Origin: Mycoplasma todarodis
Lineage (GTDB): Bacteria > Bacillota_I > Bacilli_A > Mycoplasmatales > Metamycoplasmataceae
Reading direction: 5' to 3'
Length of the DNA: 32,000 nucleotides
Assembly: GCF_965212735.1 (NCBI RefSeq)
Contig: NZ_CBDBYJ010000002.1
Span: 96,692-128,691 of the forward strand
A program made the translations under genes and the position numbers. This document shows, in pieces, positions 1 to 8,230 of the stretch. Each line of letters begins with the position of its first letter. Positions within the stretch are counted from its first letter, which is position 1. The notes under the pieces were generated by a model. That model was not told the origin of the DNA. It saw nothing but the letters and a program-made list of their open reading frames with translations, and did not search any database.

Positions 1-1277
1 GAACAAAAATATCATTGGGTGCAGCTAGTGCACTAGTAGCGGTGGCAACACCAGTAGTTACAGCAGTTTCTTGTGGAAAAGAAGCAAAAACATCGAAGAA
101 AGAATCAAGGCACGTTAAAGGTATTGCAGCAACACCTGGGGTAGAAAGTGTTAATGCGAAAATCGATTTAGATAAAATTTTCAAAAAAGCTAAAAAGAAT
201 TCAACTGATTTGAATATTAAAAACAAATTAGTTAAAACAGCTGGACCTTTAAAATATTTTGATGCACAATCAGATAAATATGTTGATCCACTATACTACA
301 CAGTTGGAAGTGTTATCGAAGAATTAATGACATCAATGTCTAAAGATGCACCTAAAATAAAACCTATTTTAAATAAATTGAAGAAGGATAATGGACTTTA
401 CAATATTTCTAAAGATATCATCCAAGGAATTTTAGATAAAAAAATATTGAAATTATATAATCCGAGTTCTGATAGTAAATCTGCAGAACTTAAAAAAGCT
501 TCAATTAACGAAATTATAACTGCGCCAAGTGGACAAGGTGGATTATTAGGATTTGGTCTTGCGACAACAGCAATCCTACAAAGTCCATTAGCACTTATAA
601 ATGATGTAATTCAATCAGTTTGAAAAAACACAAAAGATGATCTTGAAAAAACAGGTATCACTGTTGGAGAAGTTGCTTCTTTATTAAGGCAAATTGATAA
701 ATCCAAAATTACAATTTCTTTAAAGAGTAACGGCAAAGAAATAAAATTACTTGACAAGAAACAAGTGAAAATACCTGATATGCTTTGAATAGTTTTCGGC
801 GAAGGTAATAACAACTCTTTAGCAAAAACATTAGATGTATTAATGCCTAATTTGGATGCAGTTCTACCAAAATTATTCGGTAAACTTCCTGAAGAACCAG
901 TTGGAAATTTAATTAGAAAATTATTATCAATGGAACCACTGGATACATCAAAACTTTCTAAAGCGGATAAAAAGAAATTAAAACCACAAGAAGATGCGAA
1001 ATCAATATATCAAACTTCAAATAAAAACCAACCAGGTTTAAGTGGTGGTATTGGTGGACTTATGGAATTATTCAAAGATGCCACTATAGGTAAAATTAAT
1101 GCCGCAATTGTAAGAATTGCAAGACACGATGTTTCACCAATAGATCCTAGATTAAAATTAGAGGCTAAGGATGTAGAAAAATTAATGAAACTACTTCCAA
1201 TACCAACTAAATATAAATCAATGCTTGGATTAACTCTTTCTATAATGGGTAGAGTAGCTGATCTTTACCAAGCTTAA
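1..1277 (+). CDS. Putative surface lipoprotein, 5' end outside window
   Basis: ORFs 15..623 and 843..1277 are in the same frame and join across two in-frame TGA codons (621-623, 786-788). The N-terminal part reads ..KISLGAASALVAVATPVVTAVSCGKE, a hydrophobic signal peptide ending in a lipobox-like AVS-C. Stop is TAA at 1275-1277. No family recognised. Confidence 0.7.
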
Positions 1278-1286
1278 TAATTAATA

Positions 1287-1309
1287 AACAACCTTACGCG
1301 GTTGTTTTT
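1287..1309 (+). terminator. Rho-independent terminator
   Basis: Stem aacaacc / ggttgtt, loop ttacgc, followed by a T-run. Confidence 0.75.
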
Positions 1310-1324
1310 CTTTATAATTGAAAC

Positions 1325-3067
1325 ATGGAAAAAATAGAAGAAAAAATAACATTTGCAAAACTTAAGAAATTACTAACTAGCCAACCATATTTTGTTTGAC
1401 ATTCAATCGATGATTTAGGATTCGATAAAAATGAAGATGACAATGATCAATTTACATTCCAAATACCTGGAATCATTGATATTATTGCTCCAACGATAAC
1501 TGAAGTTCAAACAAAAACATTCCACAGAGTTAACAGAGAATTCTTTGAATATGTTCGTTCTATGGGTAGAGCAGCTTGAACACCAAAAATGATGTCTATG
1601 GAAGAAAGAGCCGAAGAAACTAAAAAGATGATGAGGAACCCTGGTATAGATATAATCTTTGAACCAGTTTTCCAATATGGAGATGCTTTCTCTGTTCCAA
1701 CTCTTTATGATAAAAAACAGAAAAAGATTTCAAACTTAAAAATTTCTTCTTCTACTAAAAAGATAGACCTTATCAAACCATACTTCGATTATCAAATTGC
1801 TGATAAATGTAAAGTTCCAGTTAATGAAATTTCATACTTTGTTTTAGATACAAAGAAATATAAAGCTTTTGAAATAGGATTCTATGAAACTTTTAAAGTT
1901 AATACATCTTCAACTGCAAGAAATGATAAAAATGCAAAAGATCATAATGATTTTGTAACAATGCGTAAAAAGAAAACTGGTAATGGAGTTAATAAGAAAG
2001 GTGTTCACGATGAACCACATACAATATTTGATATTGTTGCTTGTGCAGTTCCGTTCGGACCTAAAAAGAACCCTATTATATTCGAAGGTATTGATTATTA
2101 CTTAAGATTGATTAGAGAAGCTAAAACTGCTGAATTCCAAAATGGTTTAACGGCAGAAGACAACGGAAGAATGGGTCCAAACCCAATGTCTTCAACAATA
2201 ATAGAATACTTACATCCTGAGTTCTTAGGATACAATGGTAAATTTGTTAAAAAGAAAGATATTCAAGAAGGTAAAACACTTGAACAAATAGCACAAGACA
2301 GTGTTCTTGTTGATGCACTATTGAATCGCTCTCTTTCAATCACCGATAGAGATGATGCAATGTCTTATGTAACTAAACTAGATAATTCAAGAGTTATTTG
2401 ATATGACTTTGAAGGATTCTCATTACCATTCCCAACTATTGATGGATTTAACCCATTCCAACAAGCTACATTCCAAGTTTCGATAATTGAAACAAATAAA
2501 ATGGAAGAAACTTCAGGGATAAACTACATCTTTGACCCTAAAACATTCTCTTACACAGACTTCCCTAAAATGATAGATATGATTTATTCTGGTGGAGCAG
2601 ATTACTATGTTGTGTTTAATGCTGGATATGAAAATCCAAGAATGTTAGAAATGGTTGCAACATTAAGAGATATGAATTACCCCGGTTGAACAGAAGTTCA
2701 AGATAAAGTTTATTGAATTATCGAAAGAACAGTTGACCTTGCAAAACCATTCGCGGCTGGTTCAAAAGATGGGTTACCAGTTATATTCATTCCAGAATTA
2801 AAAGGTAAACACTCAATTAAATTAATTGAGAAATACATCACAAAACATAAATATTGATTTAAAGATATGATCAAACCATATAAAGATTTAACTATTCAAA
2901 ATGGTGGTATGGCAATGGATGCAGCTATCCAAAGAGCTATCAATGTTATTGGTGATGAAGAATGAGAAGAAAAACAAATTGTATTAAAAGAGTATTGTGA
3001 AAATGATGTTCGTGCAATGATAATGGTTTACACATTAATAAAAGAATTATTGAAAACAACTAAGTAA
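1325..3067 (+). CDS. DUF2779-like protein (N-terminal nuclease-like region plus C-terminal DEDD-type exonuclease-like region)
   Basis: ATG at 1325, with TATAAT at 1313-1318. ORFs 1589..2401 and 2501..2689 are in the same frame and join across about 7 in-frame TGA codons; stop is TAA at 3065-3067 (580 aa). The C-terminal half has a W-Y-D-F-E-G-F motif (Exo I-like DxE) and Y-C-E-N-D-V-R-A-M near the end (Exo III-like Yx3D). The overall layout resembles the DUF2779 proteins commonly annotated in mycoplasmas. Confidence 0.6.
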
Positions 3068-3078
3068 GTTGTTTTTTT
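3056..3078 (+). terminator. Rho-independent terminator overlapping the stop codon
   Basis: Stem acaact / agttgt, loop aagta (contains the TAA), then a T-run. Confidence 0.7.
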
Positions 3079-3188
3079 AATTACCTATATTAATTAGGTT
3101 ATATTATTGGTGTTTACTTCCTCAGAATGAACTTTATACATCTAATAAAAAAAGATAAATAAGTAACTTTAATGAAAAGAATATTTTT

Positions 3189-3219
3189 TTTACAAAAAAG
3201 TCATTTTTTTATATATAAT
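3189..3219 (+). promoter_or_regulatory. Candidate promoter of the tRNA cluster
   Basis: TTTACA (3189-3194), about 17-19 nt spacer, then TATATAAT (3212-3219), about 45 nt upstream of tRNA-Pro. Confidence 0.4.
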
Positions 3220-3263
3220 AATAAAGCACTATATGAAAACCAACATATATGTGAAACAACTGT

Positions 3264-3340
3264 GGAGAAGTAGCTCAGCTTGGTAGAGCGCTACGTTTGG
3301 GACGTAGTGGTCGAAGGTTCAAATCCTTTCTTCTTCACCA
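3264..3340 (+). tRNA. tRNA-Pro (anticodon UGG)
   Basis: Hand-folded cloverleaf. Acceptor ggagaag/cttcttc, anticodon stem ctacg/cgtag with loop tttggga, T-loop ttcaaat, encoded CCA. 77 nt. Confidence 0.9.
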
Positions 3341-3343
3341 TTT

Positions 3344-3420
3344 GGGGGGGTAGCTCACTTGGCTAGAGCACCTGCCTTGCACGCAGGGGGTAGTGGGTTC
3401 GATTCCCATCCTCTCCACCA
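3344..3420 (+). tRNA. tRNA-Ala (anticodon UGC)
   Basis: Cloverleaf with acceptor ggggggg/cctctcc, which gives the G3:U70 Ala identity pair. Anticodon loop cttgcac, T-loop ttcgatt, encoded CCA. Confidence 0.9.
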
Positions 3421-3421
3421 T

Positions 3422-3498
3422 GTCACGGTAGCTCAGTTGGTTAGAGCATCCGGTTCATACCCGGAAGGTCGAGAGTTCGAATCTCTCTTGTGACACCA
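3422..3498 (+). tRNA. tRNA with anticodon CAU, probably elongator Met
   Basis: Acceptor gtcacgg/ttgtgac, anticodon stem tccgg/ccgga with loop ttcatac, encoded CCA. It lacks the three consecutive G-C pairs in the anticodon stem typical of initiators. Confidence 0.8.
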
Positions 3499-3521
3499 AA
3501 TGGAATTATTCCGTCGTACGT

Positions 3522-3598
3522 GGACCTATAGCTCAGTTGGTTAGAGCACTCGGCTCATAACCGATCGGTCACAGGTTCGAGTCCTGTTGGGTCCACCA
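3522..3598 (+). tRNA. tRNA with anticodon CAU, probably tRNA-Ile2 (lysidine-modified) rather than Met
   Basis: Begins ggacctatagctcagttggttagagca, with anticodon loop ctcataa and end gggtccacca. From memory it resembles Firmicute tRNA-Ile(CAU). The Ile2 versus Met assignment cannot be proven from sequence alone. Confidence 0.75.
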
Positions 3599-3601
3599 TA
3601 T

Positions 3602-3628
3602 CATCCTTAATAGAGGATGTTTTTTTTC
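3602..3628 (+). terminator. Rho-independent terminator after the tRNA cluster
   Basis: catcc ... ggatg hairpin followed by eight T residues. Confidence 0.75.
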
Positions 3629-3718
3629 GCAAAAATTCACCACCATAAAAGAAGTGAACAATAATCATTTATAAAAAAGGCAAAGAAAAAACCAGGCTTT
3701 AGGCCTAGTTCCTACAAA

Positions 3719-3811
3719 TGGCGGGCAAAGAGGGATTCGAACCCCCGCGGGCCGTGAAGCCCCTGCTGGTTTTCAAGACCAGTCCCTTCAGCCAGACTTG
3801 GGTATTTGCCC
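3719..3811 (-). tRNA. tRNA-Ser (anticodon UGA), long variable arm
   Basis: The reverse complement reads gggcaaatacccaagtctggctgaagggactggtcttgaaaaccagcaggggcttcacggcccgcgggggttcgaatccctctttgcccgcca. Acceptor gggcaaa/tttgccc, discriminator G, anticodon loop cttgaaa, class II variable arm, encoded CCA. On the minus strand it is followed by an aggc/gcct hairpin plus T-run at about 3690-3715. Confidence 0.9.
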
Positions 3812-3830
3812 ATTTGTGAAGTGCCTTATT

Positions 3831-3860
3831 ATTATAATATAAAAAAACATTTTTTTGCAA
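3831..3860 (-). promoter_or_regulatory. Promoter of tRNA-Ser
   Basis: Minus strand reads TTGCAA, 18 nt spacer, TATAAT, with the -10 box ending about 20 nt upstream of the mature 5' end. Confidence 0.55.
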
Positions 3861-3953
3861 GAAATTCTTATAAATATTTTTTTAGGTAAAAGCACTTGGT
3901 TAATCATTGGTATTTATATTGTGTATAATTTAAAAAAATAACAAGGAGTATAT

Positions 3954-4271
3954 ATGTCATTACAAAGAGATAACAGAGCATTAATTAAATTTGAAGGAAG
4001 AATTGGTGGAGACACATATGAAACATCAACAGCTTTCCCAGGAGGAACATCAACAAGAGTATATCCATTAATCATTGGATCTAACTCATTCATCGGCGCA
4101 GGTAAAGATTTTACAACAGGTAAAGACTACAAAGGGTTTGAAGAACAATTAATAGGTATGGAAAAAGGGGAAACAAGAATTATTGAAGTTATTTTCCCAC
4201 AAAACTACCACGCAGCAGAGTTTGCAGGTAAAGTTGCATTCTTTAAAGTTGAACTAGATGATTTCTCATAA
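3954..4271 (+). CDS. Stand-alone FKBP-type peptidyl-prolyl isomerase domain of the trigger-factor type (105 aa)
   Basis: Strong SD (acAAGGAGtatatATG), extended -10 TGTGTATAAT at 3922-3931, and its own terminator. The sequence ..GFEEQLIGMEKGETRIIEVIFPQNYHAAEFAGKVAFFKVEL.. matches the conserved core of the trigger-factor PPIase domain (GFEexLiGmkaGeek..v.FPe.YHaeeLaGK.a.F.v.v). No ribosome-binding N-domain or C-terminal chaperone arms are present. Confidence 0.75.
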   Translation: MSLQRDNRALIKFEGRIGGDTYETSTAFPGGTSTRVYPLIIGSNSFIGAGKDFTTGKDYKGFEEQLIGMEKGETRIIEVIFPQNYHAAEFAGKVAFFKVELDDFS

Positions 4272-4273
4272 TT

Positions 4274-4292
4274 AGGTCTTAGACCTTTTTTT
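4274..4292 (+). terminator. Rho-independent terminator
   Basis: aggtc tta gacct hairpin followed by a T-run. Confidence 0.6.
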
Positions 4293-4375
4293 ATTTGCTT
4301 TTTATATGTTAGGTTTTCATAACATAGAATAAAAAAACAAAAAAATGCACTGAAATAATAAAAAACATACTTTTT

Positions 4376-4407
4376 TGTGTAAAACACTGTGTAAAACACT
4401 ATATAAT
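4376..4407 (+). promoter_or_regulatory. Perfect tandem 12-bp repeat (candidate MarR operator) fused to a -10 box
   Basis: TGTGTAAAACAC (4376-4387) is repeated exactly at 4388-4399. Each unit contains the inverted repeat GTGT-AAA-ACAC. It is followed immediately by TATATAAT (4400-4407), and the marR ATG lies 7 nt further on. Confidence 0.6.
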
Positions 4408-4413
4408 ATTTTT

Positions 4414-4848
4414 ATGAACGCACAACAAACAAAACAAATAAGTAACGTATTTTTAACTTTTGAAACTAAAGTACAACAAGTACAACAACAAGAACTGAAA
4501 AAACGTGGTCTAAAGATTTCACATAGAGAATTAATTTACATCGTTTTCATCAAGAACAACGAAGGTAAAAGAATGTTAGAAATCGGTAAAAAAATGGGCT
4601 TAAGTAAAGGTGCATTTTCAAACACTGTAAAAACTCTAGTTGAAAAAAAATTAGTTAAAAAACAAAAAAATGCAGAAGATAAAAGAATCATGATGCTAAC
4701 GCTTGACGAAAAAGGCGAAGAAGCTTATGCAATACATGGTAAAGCAAGAAAAAGAATCACAAAATCAATTGGTAACATACTTACTGATCAAGAAAAAGAA
4801 GGATTTATAGCACTTTGTGACAAATTAGTCGCATCTTGAAAAGAATAA
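4414..4848 (+). CDS. MarR-family winged-helix transcriptional regulator (144 aa)
   Basis: ATG at 4414; the track's upstream extension to 4375 overlaps the promoter. Reads through TGA at 4837-4839 to TAA at 4846-4848. Contains the motif LSKGAFSNTVKTLVEKKLVKKQKNAEDKRIMMLTLDEKG, a typical MarR recognition helix plus wing (D-[KR]-R...L-T-x-x-G). Confidence 0.8.
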
Positions 4849-4955
4849 CAATTATAGTTATCTTTTTTTATACCCTTTTTATTTGTGAAATATGTTAAAA
4901 TTATATTTGTAATATGGTTTCAACATAAAACCATTATTAATAAAAAGGGGTAAGG

Positions 4956-6563
4956 ATGAAGAATATGCCAGTGAAAAAGAAAGTCTCCATAATACTTTCG
5001 ATAATAACTGTTATTTTAGCTTTGGTAACATTGATGATAAGTATTGCTTTTATAGTTAGTGCTAAGAATACCATTAATGAACAAATGGAAAGTTACAGTG
5101 TAAATCAAAAAACAATTATGTGAATTGCAGATCTAGGAAAACCATTCTTTGGTAGTTCAACTGAATTTGCGATATCAGCCATAGCATTATCAATTATTGC
5201 TTTAATGGTTATATCAATAATATGATTAATTATTTTATTGAGAAAGAAGAAGAAATCTATTGCATTCAATGGTTCGAAAACAGTGGTGATTGCCTCATCA
5301 TTAACAGCTCTTGCTGCAGTAACAAGTCTTGGGGTTGCTTCATATGCAACAGCAGACTTTAATAAAAATACGGACATGACTAGAGTATCAACATACTTTG
5401 AAGCTAATGCAAATAAAATAGCGGAAAATAGAGAAGAAGCGGCGAAAGCGGGATTGTTATATGTTTTAGCTAACAAAAATGATTTATCCGCATTTTCAAA
5501 TGCATCTGCATTACAAATGTCTCTATCAACAACTGTATTTGCTTCAGTTAAAGCCGAAATCAAAAATAACAATACTAAGATTATTTCTGAAATAGAAAAA
5601 TTTTCTAAAAAGAATCCTGAATTATATGAACCAGTACTTGGTCAATTCAAAGGAAAATTAATTAAAGGTGATGCAACTAAATCTGTAGGTCAAAAATGAA
5701 TTGAGAATTTTGATCTAGGTAAGATGGCAACAACCTCAAATGGAACAACTATTCATGCTGCAAACATATTATTAAATAATGATGCATATATAGATTTAAT
5801 CTCTGGTGATTATCCAGCAATACAATCTTTAGTAAAAACAACATTTGATAATAATGAACCATTCGCAACAATACCTTTCAGCAGTTTCCCAGCTAAAGTT
5901 CAAAAAATAATTAAAGAAGCTGAATATTACAATACTACTGAACACCCAGGTGAATATGATACTGAGATATTTGAATGATCAACAAAGATTAGTGTGGAAT
6001 CAGCTAAATTCGAAAAACGTGTTCTTGGAACAATAGCCAAATTATTCAAGATGCCTTACACAACTAAAGAAGAACAAGTTAAAGCCAGAATCACAATTTT
6101 AGAATGATTAAATACAATCATCAATGGTATTGATTACATTTCTAAAGATGAAGTAATTAAAGTTCAACAAAATGTTAAGAATGTTTATGGTAAAAACATT
6201 TCAACAGCAGACACAATATACATGCCAACAACATCAACAAATGGTACATTTTCAATTGATAAGACTGAAGATAAAATTGTCGGTAAAGCAGGGGATAATG
6301 CTTACGATGTTAAATTAAATATGATGAAATACATCCTAAAAGAATTGCCAAAAGCTAAGGGTGGAATAATCGAAAAACTACTTGAGAGACAAAAAAATAT
6401 AACGCCTGATTCATTCATTGAAAACATCTTAACTTCAAAAGGTCTTGAAGAAATGACAAATCAATATGCAATGGAGAATTCTTACATTGATGATAAAAAC
6501 AATTATCAAGATGAAGAGAATATTATTAATATCGTAGACAAAATTGAAAATTTCATTAAATAA
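4956..6563 (+). CDS. Membrane protein of unknown function (535 aa; three N-terminal hydrophobic segments plus a large soluble domain)
   Basis: SD aaaaGGGGtAAGGATG. ORFs 5238, 5724 and 6222 share the frame and join across 5 in-frame TGA codons. Hydrophobic segments are VSIILSIITVILALVTLMISIAFIV, FAISAIALSIIALMVISIIWLIILL and VVIASSLTALAAVTSLGVA. The remainder is hydrophilic with no recognised family. Confidence 0.7.
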
Positions 6564-6569
6564 TAATCA

Positions 6570-6597
6570 AAACACTTTTTAAAGGTGTTTTTTTATT
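6570..6597 (+). terminator. Rho-independent terminator
   Basis: aaacacttt / aaaggtgttt hairpin followed by a T-run. Confidence 0.7.
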
Positions 6598-6630
6598 GTT
6601 TCAAATTGAAATGTATGTATAATTTATAAT

Positions 6631-7461
6631 ATGAAATTAGGAATAATAGTAGACTCTGCATCTGGTTTATCGGAAAAAGAAGCGAGAGCAAAAGGATGAG
6701 GTTATTTACCTCTACATATTTTTATGGATAATATTGATTATGCAGAAGGAAGAGACATTACTGCTCAAGATGTATATGACAAATTAACAATTGATACAGT
6801 AACAAGAACTTCATCTTCTTCATCAGCTGATATTCTTGAAGAATTTGAAAGAATGTCAAAAGAATACGATCACGTAATTTTCTATCCATTATCTTCAGGT
6901 CTTTCTGGACAATATTCAACAACATCAATGTTTGCTAAAGACTTTGACAATGTTCATGTTTTTGAATCACACTCACTTTCACTACAAGCTAAATGAAGTG
7001 CTGAGTATGCAGAAAAACTTGCATCTGAAGGTAAAACAATTGAAGAAATACTTCAAGCGTTAGAAGAAACAAAAGATAATGCATTTGCTATTATCGCACC
7101 TGGAACACTTGACTGATTAGTTAAAGGTGGAAGAGTTAAGCAAAATGTTGCTTCTATGGCTAATATGCTAAAGATTGTTCCAATGATTAAATTTGAACAT
7201 GGAGAATTAAATAAATACGGAAAAGGTAGAACTTACAACAAAACGATAATCAAAGCTATCAAAGGTGTTCAAGAGCACTTTGAAGGCGAAGAATATAAGT
7301 TACTTGTAATTCACACTTCTCACCCTGATTTAGATAAGCACGTAAAGGTTGCTGAAGAGCTAACTGGTAAAAAAGCGATAGTTATATCATTACCAACTGT
7401 AATTACAATGCACGTTGGTTTAAAAGCTATTGTAATTGCTGGTGTTAAAAACTTTGAATAA
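6631..7461 (+). CDS. DegV-family fatty-acid-binding protein (FakB-like), paralog 1
   Basis: MKLGIIVDSASGLSEKEARAKGWGYLPLHIF.. is a typical DegV N-terminus. ORFs 6724 and 7156 share the frame and join across 3 TGA codons. 276 aa. Confidence 0.85.
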
Positions 7462-7462
7462 G

Positions 7463-7487
7463 AATCCTTGATAGGATTTTTTATTTT
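7463..7487 (+). terminator. Rho-independent terminator of DegV-1
   Basis: aatcct tgat aggatt hairpin followed by a T-run. Confidence 0.7.
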
Positions 7488-7508
7488 GACAAAATAGGTA
7501 TTAAAAAA

Positions 7509-7532
7509 AGATAAGCGTTTTGCTTATCTTTT
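7509..7532. terminator. Bidirectional terminator between the convergent DegV-1 and ppa genes
   Basis: 8-bp stem agataagc / gcttatct, loop gtttt, flanked by an A-run upstream and a T-run downstream. Confidence 0.7.
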
Positions 7533-7548
7533 AAAATGTGAATAACAA

Positions 7549-8100
7549 TTAAGCTACGTATTTTTCTGGGTGTTCTTTCATCATTTTAGCGATGAATTCT
7601 TTTTTATCCATTTTTCCGTATTTATTCATTAGTTCAACACATTCTTCATATTCTTCTTTTGCTCATTCTTTACCTTCAAAACCAGCAACTGAAGTAATAC
7701 CTTCACGTTTTCAGTTTTTGTAAGTAGAGAAGAATGTTTCAACTTCTTTTAATCATTCTTTTGGTAAGTCATCCATTGACTCAATGTTTGCAAGTCTGTA
7801 ATCGTCAGCGTGAACTGCAACAAGTTTTGTGTCAGTTTCTCCGTCATCGATCATTTTCATTGCACCAATAATTCTGGCGTTAACTTCAACACCTGCTTGG
7901 AATACTTCATCTGAGTAAACTAATACATCTAGTTCATCTCCATCTCAATCAAGAGCTTCTTCGATGAAACCGTAGTTAGCTGGATATGTGAATCCATCTC
8001 TTAAAATTCTATCTACGACAATTTTACCTTTCGATCTGTCGTATTCATATTTAATGTTTGATCCTTTTTGGATTTCTATAGTTACGTTTAAATTTTTCAT
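7549..8100 (-). CDS. ppa: Inorganic pyrophosphatase, family I
   Basis: Not in the ORF track because of 4 in-frame TGA codons. My translation is [65 protein letters not shown]...[19 protein letters not shown].., which carries the family I PPase signature (E-x-x-K...Y-P-x-N-Y-G-F-I...D-G-D-x-L-D-V-L...D-x-G-E-x-D-x-K). 183 aa. Confidence 0.9.
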
Positions 8101-8174
8101 ACCAATATTATATATTGTTTTTAGTGGTTAAAATGCATGAAATTTATTGAAATAACTTAGAATTAATATATCGA

Positions 8175-8202
8175 TTAGCACCCTAGTATATAAGAGTGCT
8201 AA
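8175..8202 (+). promoter_or_regulatory. CIRCE-like HrcA operator upstream of hrcA (variant)
   Basis: TTAGCACCC-tagtatataa-GAGTGCTAA, compared with the consensus TTAGCACTC-N9-GAGTGCTAA. It has one arm mismatch and a spacer one nt longer. TATAAT at 8219-8224 lies 6 nt before the hrcA ATG. Confidence 0.8.
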
Positions 8203-8230
8203 AAAGAGCCCTTTCATATATAATAATATT

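Noticed and set aside
4376-4399. The tandem repeat TGTGTAAAACAC x2 was considered as a possible CRISPR or minisatellite.
   Set aside because: There are only two 12-bp copies with no spacers, and they sit directly on a promoter. It is better explained as a regulator operator. No CRISPR-like array occurs anywhere in the window.
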